A program made the position numbers and the translations under genes. Below are positions 32,400-42,437 of a stretch of 64,000 nucleotides of DNA, in pieces. Origin of the DNA: Rickettsia typhi. Its GTDB lineage: Bacteria > Pseudomonadota > Alphaproteobacteria > Rickettsiales > Deianiraeaceae. The DNA is taken from NCBI GenBank assembly GCA_945898725.1, contig CAMDIK010000007.1:3859-67858 (forward strand), read 5' to 3'. The number at the start of each line of letters is the position of its first letter. Position 1 is the stretch's first letter. The notes beneath the pieces were generated by a model. It was not told the DNA's origin and searched no databases. It was given only the letters and a program-made list of their open reading frames with translations.

Positions 32400-32451
32400 A
32401 ATATCATTTTTATTTTAAGTTAAATAATATCATTTTTATTTTAAGTTAAAG
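32400..32451 (+). repeat. Tandem direct repeat, 2 x 26 bp
   Basis: aatatcatttttattttaagttaaat followed by aatatcatttttattttaagttaaag. Read directly in the non-coding stretch after the 16S. Confidence 0.9.
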
Positions 32452-32861
32452 AATTTCAATATTTTGTTAATTTAGAGAATTTATTAAATTCCATTTCACT
32501 CTTTCAGTGTAACATTTATCATCTTTTAAATACGCAAGCTCTCCAAATTCTCTTAAATAAGATAAAAATGAGATAAAAATTCAAGAATTGATTTCTCTAA
32601 AGATTGCTCATTTAGTTGTTGTAACCCTGTGTTGGCATATAGTTCAATTTTCTTGTATTATAAGGCAATTATCACTTTCAACATGCGCTCAATGCCATAG
32701 CAAATATCATTAAAAAAAGTACAAAACAAACCATCGGGATAATTTAATTGCGGAATATTATCCAACCCTCGTAATATATGTTGGCTTGCATCAAGGAATT
32801 CATTGCGAATGCATTGATACATCTTGCTATTAATTTTTTTATGCATATTTAATTCTTATTT

Positions 32862-32896
32862 AAGAAAAATCGGCGATGCAATAATTGCACCACCGA
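32862..32896 (-). terminator. Rho-independent terminator downstream of fusA
   Basis: On the minus-strand RNA, UCGGUGGUGCAA-UUA-UUGCAUCGCCGA forms a 12-bp stem (two G:U pairs) followed by UUUUUCUU. It begins 25 nt after the fusA stop. Confidence 0.75.
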
Positions 32897-32920
32897 CCTT
32901 CTTTAGTTTTTACAATCAAA

Positions 32921-35023
32921 TTATTCTTCCTCTCCAGATTGCTTTGTACCCCCTGTCGCCTTAATGATGTCATCGGCAATGTGCGATGGAACTGGTTCAT
33001 ATTTCTCAAAAACCATAGTATATTGCGCACGACCTTGAGACATTGAGCGTAAATTATTGATGTATCCAAACATGTTTGCCAGCGGAACGGAAGCTTCGAT
33101 AACCTTTGCATTCCCTCTGGAATCAACAGAGCCAACTTGTCCACGTCTAGAATTTATATCCCCGATAACATCCCCCATGTAGTCTTCAGGCGTCACAACT
33201 TCAACTTTCATTATTGGTTCAAGAATTTTTGGATTCAATTGCCCAGCAAGCTTGCGAAATGCGTTCTTTGCGGCAATTTCAAATGCCAAAACACTTGAGT
33301 CAACATCGTGATACTTTCCATCTGTTAATGTCGCCGAAAAATCAATTACAGGGTAACTTGCGTGCAGCCCATTCTCTTTTGCGGCAAGCAAGCCTTTTTC
33401 AACTCCTGGTATATATTCTTTTGGAACAGAGCCTCCTACAATCTTATTCTCAAAAACATACCCAGACCCAGGTTCTGCCGGTTTAAATTCAATGGTAATA
33501 CCTGCAAATTGCCCAGCACCGCCTGATTGCTTTTTGTGTAAATATTCGATTGTTACAGCTTTTGCTAATGTTTCGCGATACGCAACTTGCGGCTTACCAA
33601 CGTTCACCTCAACTTTAAATTCACGCTTCATTCTATCCACTATAATCTCCAAGTGAAGTTCACCCATTCCTTTTAATAAAGTTTGCCCGGTTTCCTGGTC
33701 AGTTTGAACTTCAAGCGATGGATCTTCTGATGCCAATCTATGTAGAGCTATGCCCATTTTTTCTTGATCAACCTGAGTTTTTGGCTCTACGGCAATTTGA
33801 ATTACAGGTTTTGGAAATTCCATTTTTTCAAGGACTATCGGCTTTGTTGGGTCGCATAATGTATTACCTGTTTTTGTATCTTTCAATCCAACCAGGGCAA
33901 CTATATCACCAGCGCGAGCGGATTTTATATCCTCTCTTTGATTTGCATGCATCAATAACATTCTACCAATTCTCTCGGTTTTGCCATTTGTAGAGTTTTT
34001 TACACCAGTTCCAGCCTCAAGCTTTCCCGAATATATGCGAACGAAAGTGATTGATCCAACGAATGGATCTGTTGCAATCTTGAACGCAAGACCGGCAAAT
34101 GGTTCAGTGTCAATCTTTTTTCTAGGAATTTTGATATCAAAATCATCTTCATTTGTGCCTATAACCTCAGGAACGTCAATAGGGGAGGGTAGTAAATTTA
34201 CAACACCGTCCAACAATGGCTGGACACCTTTATTTTTAAATGCCGAACCGCAAAACATTGGTATAAATGCAGTTTTTAAAACACCAGCTCTTAGGCATTT
34301 GATAATTTCAGCTTCAGAAACATCGCCACCTGCAAGATATTTTTCCATAATTACATCGTCTTGCTCAACAGCAGTTTCAACCATTAACATTCTATATTCA
34401 TCAGCTTTTTCCTTGTATTCTGCTGGAATTTCTTCATAGTAATATTCAGCGCCCAAATCTTCACTTTTCCAATAAATCGCCTTCATTTTGATCAAGTCAA
34501 TTATACCTTTAAAATCTTCGCCAAGTCCAATTGGAAGTTGAACCGGAACTGGATTTGCGCCCAATCTTTCACGCATCATAGCAACGCAACGATAAAAATC
34601 TGCGCCAGTACGATCCATTTTATTTGCAAAACAAATACGAGGAACATTATATTTATCAGCCTGCCTCCAAACAGTTTCGGTTTGTGGCTCAACGCCCGCT
34701 ACACCATCTAACACTGCAACAGCGCCATCTAACACGCGCAATGAACGCTCCACTTCAATTGTAAAATCAACGTGCCCTGGGGTGTCAATAATATTAATTC
34801 TATGATCATTCCAAAAACATGTAGTAGCAGCAGAGGTAATTGTAATTCCACGCTCTTGTTCTTGCTCCATCCAGTCCATTGTTGCAGTTCCTTCGTGAAC
34901 CTCTCCAATTTTATGAGATTTGCCAGTATAATAAAGAATTCTTTCCGTTGTGGTAGTTTTTCCGGCGTCAATATGCGCCATAATTCCTATATTTCTATAT
35001 CGTTCAATCGGTACATTTTTCAT
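32921..35023 (-). CDS. fusA: Elongation factor G
   Basis: 700 aa with [28 protein letters not shown] and full-length EF-G domains. Confidence 0.97.
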   Translation of the reverse strand: MKNVPIERYRNIGIMAHIDAGKTTTTERILYYTGKSHKIGEVHEGTATMDWMEQEQERGITITSAATTCFWNDHRINIIDTPGHVDFTIEVERSLRVLDGAVAVLDGVAGVEPQTETVWRQADKYNVPRICFANKMDRTGADFYRCVAMMRERLGANPVPVQLPIGLGEDFKGIIDLIKMKAIYWKSEDLGAEYYYEEIPAEYKEKADEYRMLMVETAVEQDDVIMEKYLAGGDVSEAEIIKCLRAGVLKTAFIPMFCGSAFKNKGVQPLLDGVVNLLPSPIDVPEVIGTNEDDFDIKIPRKKIDTEPFAGLAFKIATDPFVGSITFVRIYSGKLEAGTGVKNSTNGKTERIGRMLLMHANQREDIKSARAGDIVALVGLKDTKTGNTLCDPTKPIVLEKMEFPKPVIQIAVEPKTQVDQEKMGIALHRLASEDPSLEVQTDQETGQTLLKGMGELHLEIIVDRMKREFKVEVNVGKPQVAYRETLAKAVTIEYLHKKQSGGAGQFAGITIEFKPAEPGSGYVFENKIVGGSVPKEYIPGVEKGLLAAKENGLHASYPVIDFSATLTDGKYHDVDSSVLAFEIAAKNAFRKLAGQLNPKILEPIMKVEVVTPEDYMGDVIGDINSRRGQVGSVDSRGNAKVIEASVPLANMFGYINNLRSMSQGRAQYTMVFEKYEPVPSHIADDIIKATGGTKQSGEEE

Positions 35024-35084
35024 GTTTATTTAAGAATAATTCCATTCTCAGTAAGACATGTTTTTTTATTTTCAAGTACTTTTT

Positions 35085-36290
35085 TTATTTACCCCTTCTA
35101 AAACATCCGCTTTTACTTTTCTTGGGAGGGTCTGTTATAATATGATTGTTCTTACGATATTCACAAACCGGAGCTGCTTTGCTCATGTCATGCGCCGTGA
35201 TTTTACTGTAAACCTCTCTCAATTCCTGTTTATATATTGATATTTTTCCCGACTGTTCTGCAATCTCGTTTTCTTCTCGTCCTAATTTTCTTGAATATTT
35301 TTCAGACTTGTCAGTCGCTATATGTTCATTCATTAACTTATTCTCATATTTTTCACACTTATATTCTATATCACGTCTTGTCTTTTTTAAATCTAGCGTT
35401 TTACCTTTAACTTTGCTTATTTCCGCAATTGCAAGTTCATTGAATACATCTTGAACCTCTATAATAAACTTATACTCTTGGGCTAAATATTCGCGAAATT
35501 CATCAGCTGCACTAGCTTTATTTTTTATACGTTTCAAATTCCACTCCGCCATTCCAGATTGCAATGCTGTTAATTGTGAAAGGAATGGATCCACCGTATC
35601 CAGACCTCTACGCTCCATTATAACCAGAAGCACATCTGCTGCTGTGGCATTTTTTATGTTACTGGGAATTAGTTTTTCAATATATTCTAAAACGTATTTA
35701 TATTTTATATCATAACTCGCTGAATTTATTAAATCACTCAAAGTGCATATTGGCACATTATAGAATTCCGTATCGAATAACTGATTATTCTTCAATCTCA
35801 AGCCTCGCAACGCCTCTTTCATTGCCCACTGATGACTTAACAGCGCCTCTCGCTCTCCAATATTTATATTATTTCTTACATATGAATCTACTTTCCCTAT
35901 GATTAGTGATGCCAATGGATGAGCATTGAGAATTTGATGATGCATCTTAATTGCACCGATCATTAACATCTTATCTCCCCGTATACACCCCCCGCCAATG
36001 CCAAATAAAGATTGTAACAATTCTCCTTTTTTTTGAAGATCGGTTTCTGCTACGTATAGATTGTATACGTATAATATTTGCGTTGTAATGTATCTCCCCC
36101 CAGCATCAAAGAGTGTACGTAATCTATCACTTAACTTACTCTCGCTCAGTTGAAGATGTAATTTTTCCAGCTCTTTTATCTCTTCAAATACGTTCTTTAT
36201 TTCTTCTGAAGAATGTTTCGCTGAGGGAGCGCTATCTCTTTGCCATTCTAGAGATAGAAGGTCTTGACGAAATTGTTTCTTTATTTGCAT
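35085..36290 (-). CDS. Hypothetical protein, 401 aa, no recognisable domain (lineage-specific ORF)
   Basis: An uninterrupted ORF whose ATG lies 24 nt downstream of a perfect consensus promoter. Predicted mostly helical with a K/E-rich C-terminal third. I can name no family motif. Confidence 0.6.
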   Translation of the reverse strand: MQIKKQFRQDLLSLEWQRDSAPSAKHSSEEIKNVFEEIKELEKLHLQLSESKLSDRLRTLFDAGGRYITTQILYVYNLYVAETDLQKKGELLQSLFGIGGGCIRGDKMLMIGAIKMHHQILNAHPLASLIIGKVDSYVRNNINIGEREALLSHQWAMKEALRGLRLKNNQLFDTEFYNVPICTLSDLINSASYDIKYKYVLEYIEKLIPSNIKNATAADVLLVIMERRGLDTVDPFLSQLTALQSGMAEWNLKRIKNKASAADEFREYLAQEYKFIIEVQDVFNELAIAEISKVKGKTLDLKKTRRDIEYKCEKYENKLMNEHIATDKSEKYSRKLGREENEIAEQSGKISIYKQELREVYSKITAHDMSKAAPVCEYRKNNHIITDPPKKSKSGCFRRGK

Positions 36291-36313
36291 ATCGGAAGTG
36301 GGAATGTAATTAT

Positions 36314-36342
36314 ATTATACATCAAAATTGGTTGAATGTCAA
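36314..36342 (-). promoter_or_regulatory. Perfect sigma70-type consensus promoter (TTGACA-17 nt-TATAAT)
   Basis: The minus strand reads TTGACAttcaaccaattttgatgTATAAT (-35 = complement of 36337-36342, -10 = complement of 36314-36319). The ATG of the 401-aa ORF is 24 nt downstream. Confidence 0.65.
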
Positions 36343-36488
36343 GTTAAATTTAAGATTGTATTATGCAGAGGTGCTGCCACACCTCTTTGTTAAGTGATAC
36401 GTCTAATATCTGATCGAGCATTCTTGGTATAGGTGCACAATTCAAGGTTTGTAATAATGCTTTAAGCCCGTCACGCGCGCAATGATTT

Positions 36489-39400
36489 CTACATACATGA
36501 GAACTTGGAACTTTTTATAGCATAAGCGTCTGCAAAGTTACACACAAACTTGCACAATTTATCGGTATCTATTGTGGCCGGTATAAATATTTCAATTACA
36601 CTCATACTTGTCCAGTTATGAACCGGTCTGACAACTGACACACCTTCCATCGAAAGCGTCCTTGCTATACGTTTTACTGTATTCATAATTTCATTACTTT
36701 TGTCCGTTGTCAAGCATAACTTGCAACATTCAACGCCACTACGTGCCTCAGTGGTACAATCTTTAAAATTACAGTTACAGGAATTTTCACCATTACGTCT
36801 ACACGCTACTTCTGCCATGAGCATACCAGCTATTGTTGCCTTACCTGTAGTGTCAGAGCAATTAAGAGCTGTTTTCACTCTATTACTTCTTTCTGCCATT
36901 TTTCCAGTGTCGAAGATTGATAACGTATCTAATATTAATCTTTTCCATTTTTGTTCAGCTTTACTGTCGCCTTTTAACGCCTTTACACAGTTAGGTATGA
37001 CTGTTTTAAGCGCTGATAAGGTTTTAGGTTTCTCAGGTTTGTAAATTTTATCATAGCGTTGCTCCATTTGAAAATATTCCTTTTGCACACCCATATCACT
37101 TGACTCGCAAGCTCTACGCTTGAATATATTTGCCATTTTTTTATGCTTTTTACCAAATTCCTTCTTGGTTTCCTCTGAGGTTTCAGGTTTGTTTAACTCT
37201 TTTGCATCACGGGGTATAATCTTTTGATTGACCAAATAACCGAGTATTCTAAACGATTGATCGTCGCTGTTTTCAAAGCGTCTCGCCAAAGTCCTAACAC
37301 CTTTTCCGCTGGATCCTGACAATCCATCTGTGACATAGTCCTTGCCACATTGTGTGTTGAGGGTTATCTTTGTTTCAGACTTTACAGATTTACTGAATAA
37401 CTCCCCTTTTTCCTTTTCGGAAAGATATTTGGAACTCTTAATCACGCTCAGTATTGAGTGTCGTATAGGATCTTTACCGCGCACTAGATACAGAGGATTA
37501 TTCCACACGTCCATAAACAAATCTACAGGAATTGTAGCAACTTTACTTGCAATTCGATAGTAGGCTGTATCAGGTAGTTTGCATTCATCAGCAACAGGGG
37601 TGTTAAGTGTATTCATTAATATCACAATCAGAGTAGATAATATTTGTTGCCCATCTTGGGGATTGTTATTTTTTAAGAGCGTGTCAAGTAACTCCAAAAA
37701 ATCTCCAACCAATTTTTCAGTCATAACACTGTAAAAATCTTTCTGCACCCTATGGCTGAGCGTCGCATAATTCTCGATCATCTCTTGCGGATTGATTATG
37801 AACATTTCTGCCGGAGCAAGGTTTTTAAAAAGATCTTTTATACCAGGTTCTTTACTATTTTTTATAAAAAGTATCACAGAAACCTTCTCAATGTTTGACA
37901 TCTGCGCGTTAGTGAACATTTTTCCCAGTGCTGAGGTAAAAATATCCACCATTTTGCTCCGTGAATAGCTGTTCTTCGCAAGATTGTCCAATACTATGGC
38001 AAATTGCGTTTTATCGCTTATAATTTTCTTCCATTTTTTACTACCTCTTTTATTGGCGACCAATGCTAGAATGCACATCTTTTCTACACTCATTCGCTGG
38101 TTTTTGAATTGTTTGATCACTTTACAAACTTCCGGTTCGTCAGATTGCATATATTTTGACATTTTTTTCAGGTATTCTTTAAAACCCTTGTCATACTTCT
38201 CAAACTTGTATTGTTCTAGAAACTTGTGTGCCCGGGACTCTAGGCCGTATATTGAAAATTCATTGTTCCTATCTAGACACTTAATCAAGACCGCCAGCAT
38301 TTCATACTGTTCTTGATGTATTTGTGACGATGAATCAAGGGGCGTGAATTCATCTAACCCTTTTTGCACTAATGGATTCAAGACATACTTGAGAGTGTGC
38401 GCGCCTCTGGAAGTATTTTTGATAAATTCTACTATATTAGCTGCTTGGAGCAGCAGATCGCCTATTGGAACGTTACCTAATCTTAGTGATCTATAGATCT
38501 TACGCGCAGCCGTGTCAATTATATCAAATATTTCATCTTCGTTGTAATCGCATTGGTCTATTAACCATGTGTATTTGGAGTGATAAAGAAATACTTCGCT
38601 TAGATTATTACGAACCCAAGGCATAAAACACTTAAGCTTATTATCAAAATTTTTATGCTTCAATGCTTTAAGGTGGAGTATAAGTATCAGGAAATTGTTG
38701 TCCCATTGAAGATTTGGCATCTTTAGTTCTAGTTCTTTGGCTAAATCTGAGAAGTATCTTGACATATCAGCGACACCTCGCTGCGAAAGGTTTTTAGGAA
38801 CTGGTATATCCTTAAACTCAGACAAATTTATTGCATCAATTAGCCAATCCCTCATATTGTTCAAAGCTGTTATCGGATGTCGCTCTATATATTTTTCAAG
38901 ATTGAGCGCTATTTGCTTACTCTTTGAATCTTCATTCCCCTCAACTTCCTTTCTCATATTAATCAATGTGTTTAAGATGAGTCTGAGCATTGCTGTATGA
39001 TCGCTATTAATCTTGATCCAGGGTATATTTTTGCAAAACATACCTAGGATATCGCCATTGTCGTCTAAGAAGCATATTGCCTTTAATGACTCTTCTATGG
39101 TTGTTTTATCTGGTGATGATTTTTTCATTTCATGCAATAAAATTTGAACATTCCTCGCTATTTCTACAGGAGTGAAAAGTTGCATTAGTAATCTGATTTT
39201 GTTCATGAATAATTTTTTATCTATAAAAACACTCCCATTCTTGCCATTTGGATATTTCTTCCAGTCAGATTTTGACAATGTACTTATAATTTTCTTATTT
39301 ATTATTTCATGGTTCTGCACTTGTAATGAGTTTGTTGCAAACATTGCCAGAAATTTCAACAATTTTGCATTATCGAGCCAATAGAGATTTGCTTTATCTA

Positions 39401-40226
39401 ACTTCGTACGTATTTCTCCTTCTATTGCATCAATTAACTCTCTATCTATTGGCACTTCCGTCGTGCCTAGGAGGGTTTGAAATATTGCACGCTCTATCTT
39501 GGGTTCGTAGACTGGAGGCATTTTGATTAATGCGCGCAGAAATACCTGCATAAACACCCTTGGCTTATGCCTCGCTCTCGTCCAGATCTCATTGATTGCC
39601 GACTTCACCCGATGAGCGAATGTGTGAATATTCATATTCATATCCATATCCATATCCCCTTGTTCGACTTTGACTTGATCCCGCATTACATTATTAAAGA
39701 CTCGAAACAGATACTGTTTCCAATCTTCCTGGTCTGGATTGTGATCCACCTCACTATCTAGCATCTGCACTAGAAGTTCTAGGCGCTCCAAAATTCCCCG
39801 GGGGCAATTAAGCCCGAATTCCATCGTGGCCATTTGAGTCGCTATATTCTTTTGGATATCCGGGGCGGATACTGTCTTTAGTAACCTGACAAACTCTACA
39901 ACCCAGTTAGAAATTTCCCCAACCAATCTTTGGCCGTTTAAAACATTCCTCAGTGAATTCATGGTTTGACCCGCAAATTCTGCTTTTGGCGTTTTACCTA
40001 AATCTATAACAACCACCTCCTCAAGGTGTTTTTTTAAAAAAATCTCTAAGTAATTCACAGCCTCGACAGCCTCTGCCTTCGTGGATTCGGGAACTGCTCT
40101 GTTAGCTGTATTTATATCTGCAAATGTTGTCATATTTAGACCTACGTCTATTGAAAAAGCTATCTTGCTAAGAATCACATCCTCAAGTTTGTCTAGCGTA
40201 TTCAAGTGAGTTACTACTCCATCCAT
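36489..40226 (-). CDS. Hypothetical giant protein (~1245 aa), no recognisable domain (lineage-specific ORF)
   Basis: A 3.7-kb uninterrupted ORF. The track start at 40262 is TTG and overlaps the promoter -10, so the ATG at 40226 (MDGVVTHLNTL...) is the more likely start. Largely helical with a Cys-rich stretch near the C-terminus (ACRRNGENSCNCNFKDCTTEARSGVECCKLC). Confidence 0.65.
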   Translation of the reverse strand: MDGVVTHLNTLDKLEDVILSKIAFSIDVGLNMTTFADINTANRAVPESTKAEAVEAVNYLEIFLKKHLEEVVVIDLGKTPKAEFAGQTMNSLRNVLNGQRLVGEISNWVVEFVRLLKTVSAPDIQKNIATQMATMEFGLNCPRGILERLELLVQMLDSEVDHNPDQEDWKQYLFRVFNNVMRDQVKVEQGDMDMDMNMNIHTFAHRVKSAINEIWTRARHKPRVFMQVFLRALIKMPPVYEPKIERAIFQTLLGTTEVPIDRELIDAIEGEIRTKLDKANLYWLDNAKLLKFLAMFATNSLQVQNHEIINKKIISTLSKSDWKKYPNGKNGSVFIDKKLFMNKIRLLMQLFTPVEIARNVQILLHEMKKSSPDKTTIEESLKAICFLDDNGDILGMFCKNIPWIKINSDHTAMLRLILNTLINMRKEVEGNEDSKSKQIALNLEKYIERHPITALNNMRDWLIDAINLSEFKDIPVPKNLSQRGVADMSRYFSDLAKELELKMPNLQWDNNFLILILHLKALKHKNFDNKLKCFMPWVRNNLSEVFLYHSKYTWLIDQCDYNEDEIFDIIDTAARKIYRSLRLGNVPIGDLLLQAANIVEFIKNTSRGAHTLKYVLNPLVQKGLDEFTPLDSSSQIHQEQYEMLAVLIKCLDRNNEFSIYGLESRAHKFLEQYKFEKYDKGFKEYLKKMSKYMQSDEPEVCKVIKQFKNQRMSVEKMCILALVANKRGSKKWKKIISDKTQFAIVLDNLAKNSYSRSKMVDIFTSALGKMFTNAQMSNIEKVSVILFIKNSKEPGIKDLFKNLAPAEMFIINPQEMIENYATLSHRVQKDFYSVMTEKLVGDFLELLDTLLKNNNPQDGQQILSTLIVILMNTLNTPVADECKLPDTAYYRIASKVATIPVDLFMDVWNNPLYLVRGKDPIRHSILSVIKSSKYLSEKEKGELFSKSVKSETKITLNTQCGKDYVTDGLSGSSGKGVRTLARRFENSDDQSFRILGYLVNQKIIPRDAKELNKPETSEETKKEFGKKHKKMANIFKRRACESSDMGVQKEYFQMEQRYDKIYKPEKPKTLSALKTVIPNCVKALKGDSKAEQKWKRLILDTLSIFDTGKMAERSNRVKTALNCSDTTGKATIAGMLMAEVACRRNGENSCNCNFKDCTTEARSGVECCKLCLTTDKSNEIMNTVKRIARTLSMEGVSVVRPVHNWTSMSVIEIFIPATIDTDKLCKFVCNFADAYAIKSSKFSCM

Positions 40227-40250
40227 GGTAATATTAAATATATATGTGAT

Positions 40251-40279
40251 ATTATACACCAAAATTGGTTGAATGTCAA
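40251..40279 (-). promoter_or_regulatory. Perfect sigma70-type consensus promoter (TTGACA-17 nt-TATAAT), paralogous to 36314-36342
   Basis: The minus strand reads TTGACAttcaaccaattttggtgTATAAT. The 33 nt at 40249-40281 are 32/33 identical to 36312-36344. The ATG at 40226 lies 25 nt downstream. Confidence 0.65.
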
Positions 40280-40361
40280 GTAATATCTGATTTTTTATGA
40301 ATTACCCAGTATTTTACTGAATGTGAGTTCTTTTTTTTAACTACTTTGCAAATTTTTTCAA

Positions 40362-41633
40362 CTAGCAAGCTGCAAGTGCTGGATTTTCAATAATACGCTT
40401 TAATTCGGTTAGAAATTCAGCAGCTTTTGCCCCGTCAAGTGCGCGATGATCCACGGAAATCCCAATAGACATAACGCTTGCCGGCACTATTTGCCCAGAT
40501 TTTACAACAGGCTCTTCAAAGATACTTCCCACGGAAAGTATGCACGCTTGGGGTGGGTTTATAATAGCACTAAAACTTTCCACGCCGTACATTCCAAGAT
40601 TTGAAATTGAAAAACCACCACCTTGAAATTCATGCAATTTTAGCTGCCCTTTTCGCGCACGCGCTGCCAAGTCTTTTATTTCTGAAGATATTTCCAAAAT
40701 GCCTTTCTGGTCTGCATTTTTTACGATTGGGGTAATAAGTCCATCTGGAACGGAAACGGCAATTGAAATATCTATATTGTTATAGTATATTATAGAATCT
40801 TCATTCCAAGAGCAATTTGCAAATGGCTTGTTTTTAATTGCAATTGCTGCATATTTTACAATTAGATCATTCACCGAAACCTTGTATTGAGACTTCCCGT
40901 CCTTGTCTTTTGGTGCAGCTTTGTTGATTAATTCGCGCGTTTTCAACAACTCATCAACCAGGCATTTCGCATTTAGGTAAAAATGAGGAACATTTTGTTT
41001 TGACTCCTGTAATCTTTGGGAAATAACTGCACGCATGCTAGAAATTTTTTCAATTCTTACTTCTTCCGGATTGCGCCCGATAAAGCTTGAAAAGTATTGA
41101 TCTGGTTGATTTTTTATGTTCTCAACGTCGCTTTTTACAACCCTTCCATAAGGACCAGTACCTGTGATATTTGATATATCAACGCCGTTATTTTCGGCAA
41201 TTCTTTTTGCAAGAGGGCTTGCAAATACTCTGGAATCTCCCAAATCCACAGCCTTGCATGATTTATTTTGACCCTGTGCTGGGTTGACGGTTTTTTGAGA
41301 ATTTTGCTCGGTTTTTTCTGCAGTTTTTCCTTGCTCCCCATGTAAAAAACCAAGTTTTGGGGTGTAGTTTTCCAGTACGCTTTTGTCTTCTCCTTTTTCT
41401 AAAATTAACCCTATAACCGTATTAACTTTTACACCAGAAGAGCCCGCTGGCACTAGAATTTTGCCTAAAATTCCTGCGTCAATCACCTCAACTTCCATTA
41501 TTGCTTTATCGGTTTCGATTTCCGCTATTAAATCTCCTGATTTTACACCATCTCCCTCTTTTTTTAACCAGTTTGCAATATTTCCCTCTTTCATAGTTGG
41601 GGAGAGTGCCGGCATTAAAACTTCAATAGGCAT
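40362..41633 (-). CDS. pdhC: Pyruvate dehydrogenase E2, dihydrolipoyllysine acetyltransferase
   Basis: Lipoyl domain MPIEVLMPALSPTMKEGNIANWLKKEGDGVKSGDLIAEIETDKAIMEVE, an E3-binding domain (FASPLAKRIAENNGVD), and a catalytic domain with the DHRALDGA motif. The likely start is the MPIEV methionine (41633), not the track start at 41645. Confidence 0.92.
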   Translation of the reverse strand: MPIEVLMPALSPTMKEGNIANWLKKEGDGVKSGDLIAEIETDKAIMEVEVIDAGILGKILVPAGSSGVKVNTVIGLILEKGEDKSVLENYTPKLGFLHGEQGKTAEKTEQNSQKTVNPAQGQNKSCKAVDLGDSRVFASPLAKRIAENNGVDISNITGTGPYGRVVKSDVENIKNQPDQYFSSFIGRNPEEVRIEKISSMRAVISQRLQESKQNVPHFYLNAKCLVDELLKTRELINKAAPKDKDGKSQYKVSVNDLIVKYAAIAIKNKPFANCSWNEDSIIYYNNIDISIAVSVPDGLITPIVKNADQKGILEISSEIKDLAARARKGQLKLHEFQGGGFSISNLGMYGVESFSAIINPPQACILSVGSIFEEPVVKSGQIVPASVMSIGISVDHRALDGAKAAEFLTELKRIIENPALAAC

Positions 41634-41696
41634 AGCGTAAAACACAATTCTAAACCTTTTCTAATTGCAAAAAAATAAAATGCAAATAAATATTTA

Positions 41697-42437
41697 TTAA
41701 AAATGAATTCTGGTGAAATTCACAGTATTTTCAAGCATTTTTAATATCGTTGCAGTAGAAATGTCGCGATCTTGCATGTTATTTGATACACAAGATAAGA
41801 AACTTTTGCGGGAAATTCCCAGGTAGATTGGGAGATTTAGCTGTGTAAATTTAACAATGTTTCTTAATATTTCCCAATTTTGCTCTGCGCTTTTCCCAAA
41901 ACCTATACCAGGATCTAGGGCAACTCTATTAATATCAATTCCATTATTGCCAATAAATTCAAGCTTTTTATGAAAGAAATCTAATATTACTTCTACGATA
42001 TTTTCACTCTGCGGAACGCAAATTTCACTTCTTGCCGGGGCGCATAAGCTGTGCATTAAAATGTATTTTACCCCTTGATTTTCGCGCAAAACATCAATAA
42101 TTTCAGGGAATTTAAGACCGCTAACGTCGTTAATATATTTACATCCGTGCAACACGGCAAATTTTGCAATTTTTGGGTAAAAAGTGTCTATTGAAATCTC
42201 TAAATTTAGGGCTTTTGCAGCTGCTGAAATTATAGGAAAAATGCCTGTAATTATTGAGAATTCTGCTTCTTGTTCCAATAGTTTTGAGTGCGGATTAGTA
42301 GACTGCGCACCAACATCAATTCCATAGTAGTTTTTCTCTTTAAAATACGCCATTTTCTGCTGTATTTGCTTAAAATTCAGGTTTCCGTCGCCTGAAAATG
42401 AGTCTTGTGAAAGATTTATAATTCCAAACTTTTTCAT
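41697..42437 (-). CDS. folP: Dihydropteroate synthase
   Basis: 246 aa with a pterin-binding pattern (INLSQDSFSGDG..., GIDVGAQSTNP, LDPGIGFGK). Overlaps folBK by 4 nt. Confidence 0.85.
   Translation of the reverse strand: MKKFGIINLSQDSFSGDGNLNFKQIQQKMAYFKEKNYYGIDVGAQSTNPHSKLLEQEAEFSIITGIFPIISAAAKALNLEISIDTFYPKIAKFAVLHGCKYINDVSGLKFPEIIDVLRENQGVKYILMHSLCAPARSEICVPQSENIVEVILDFFHKKLEFIGNNGIDINRVALDPGIGFGKSAEQNWEILRNIVKFTQLNLPIYLGISRKSFLSCVSNNMQDRDISTATILKMLENTVNFTRIHF

Noticed and set aside
32270-32920. Expected 16S-23S spacer tRNAs (Ile/Ala) and a 23S gene downstream of the 16S; also tRNA, tmRNA, SRP or RNase P RNA genes in the other intergenic gaps
   Set aside because: I found no T-loop (GGTTCGAAT-like) or acceptor/anticodon-arm structure and no 23S-like sequence. 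The other gaps (4427-4525, 7372-7573, 10453-10612, 20097-20353, 48407-48529) showed none of the conserved cores I looked for. This was a visual scan only, so a covariance-model search should confirm it.
36367-36386. Hairpin agaggtg-ctgcca-cacctct between the giant ORF and the next promoter, considered as its terminator
   Set aside because: It has only a 7-bp stem and no U-tract on the minus-strand transcript. It is too weak to call, and read-through into the next gene is equally likely.
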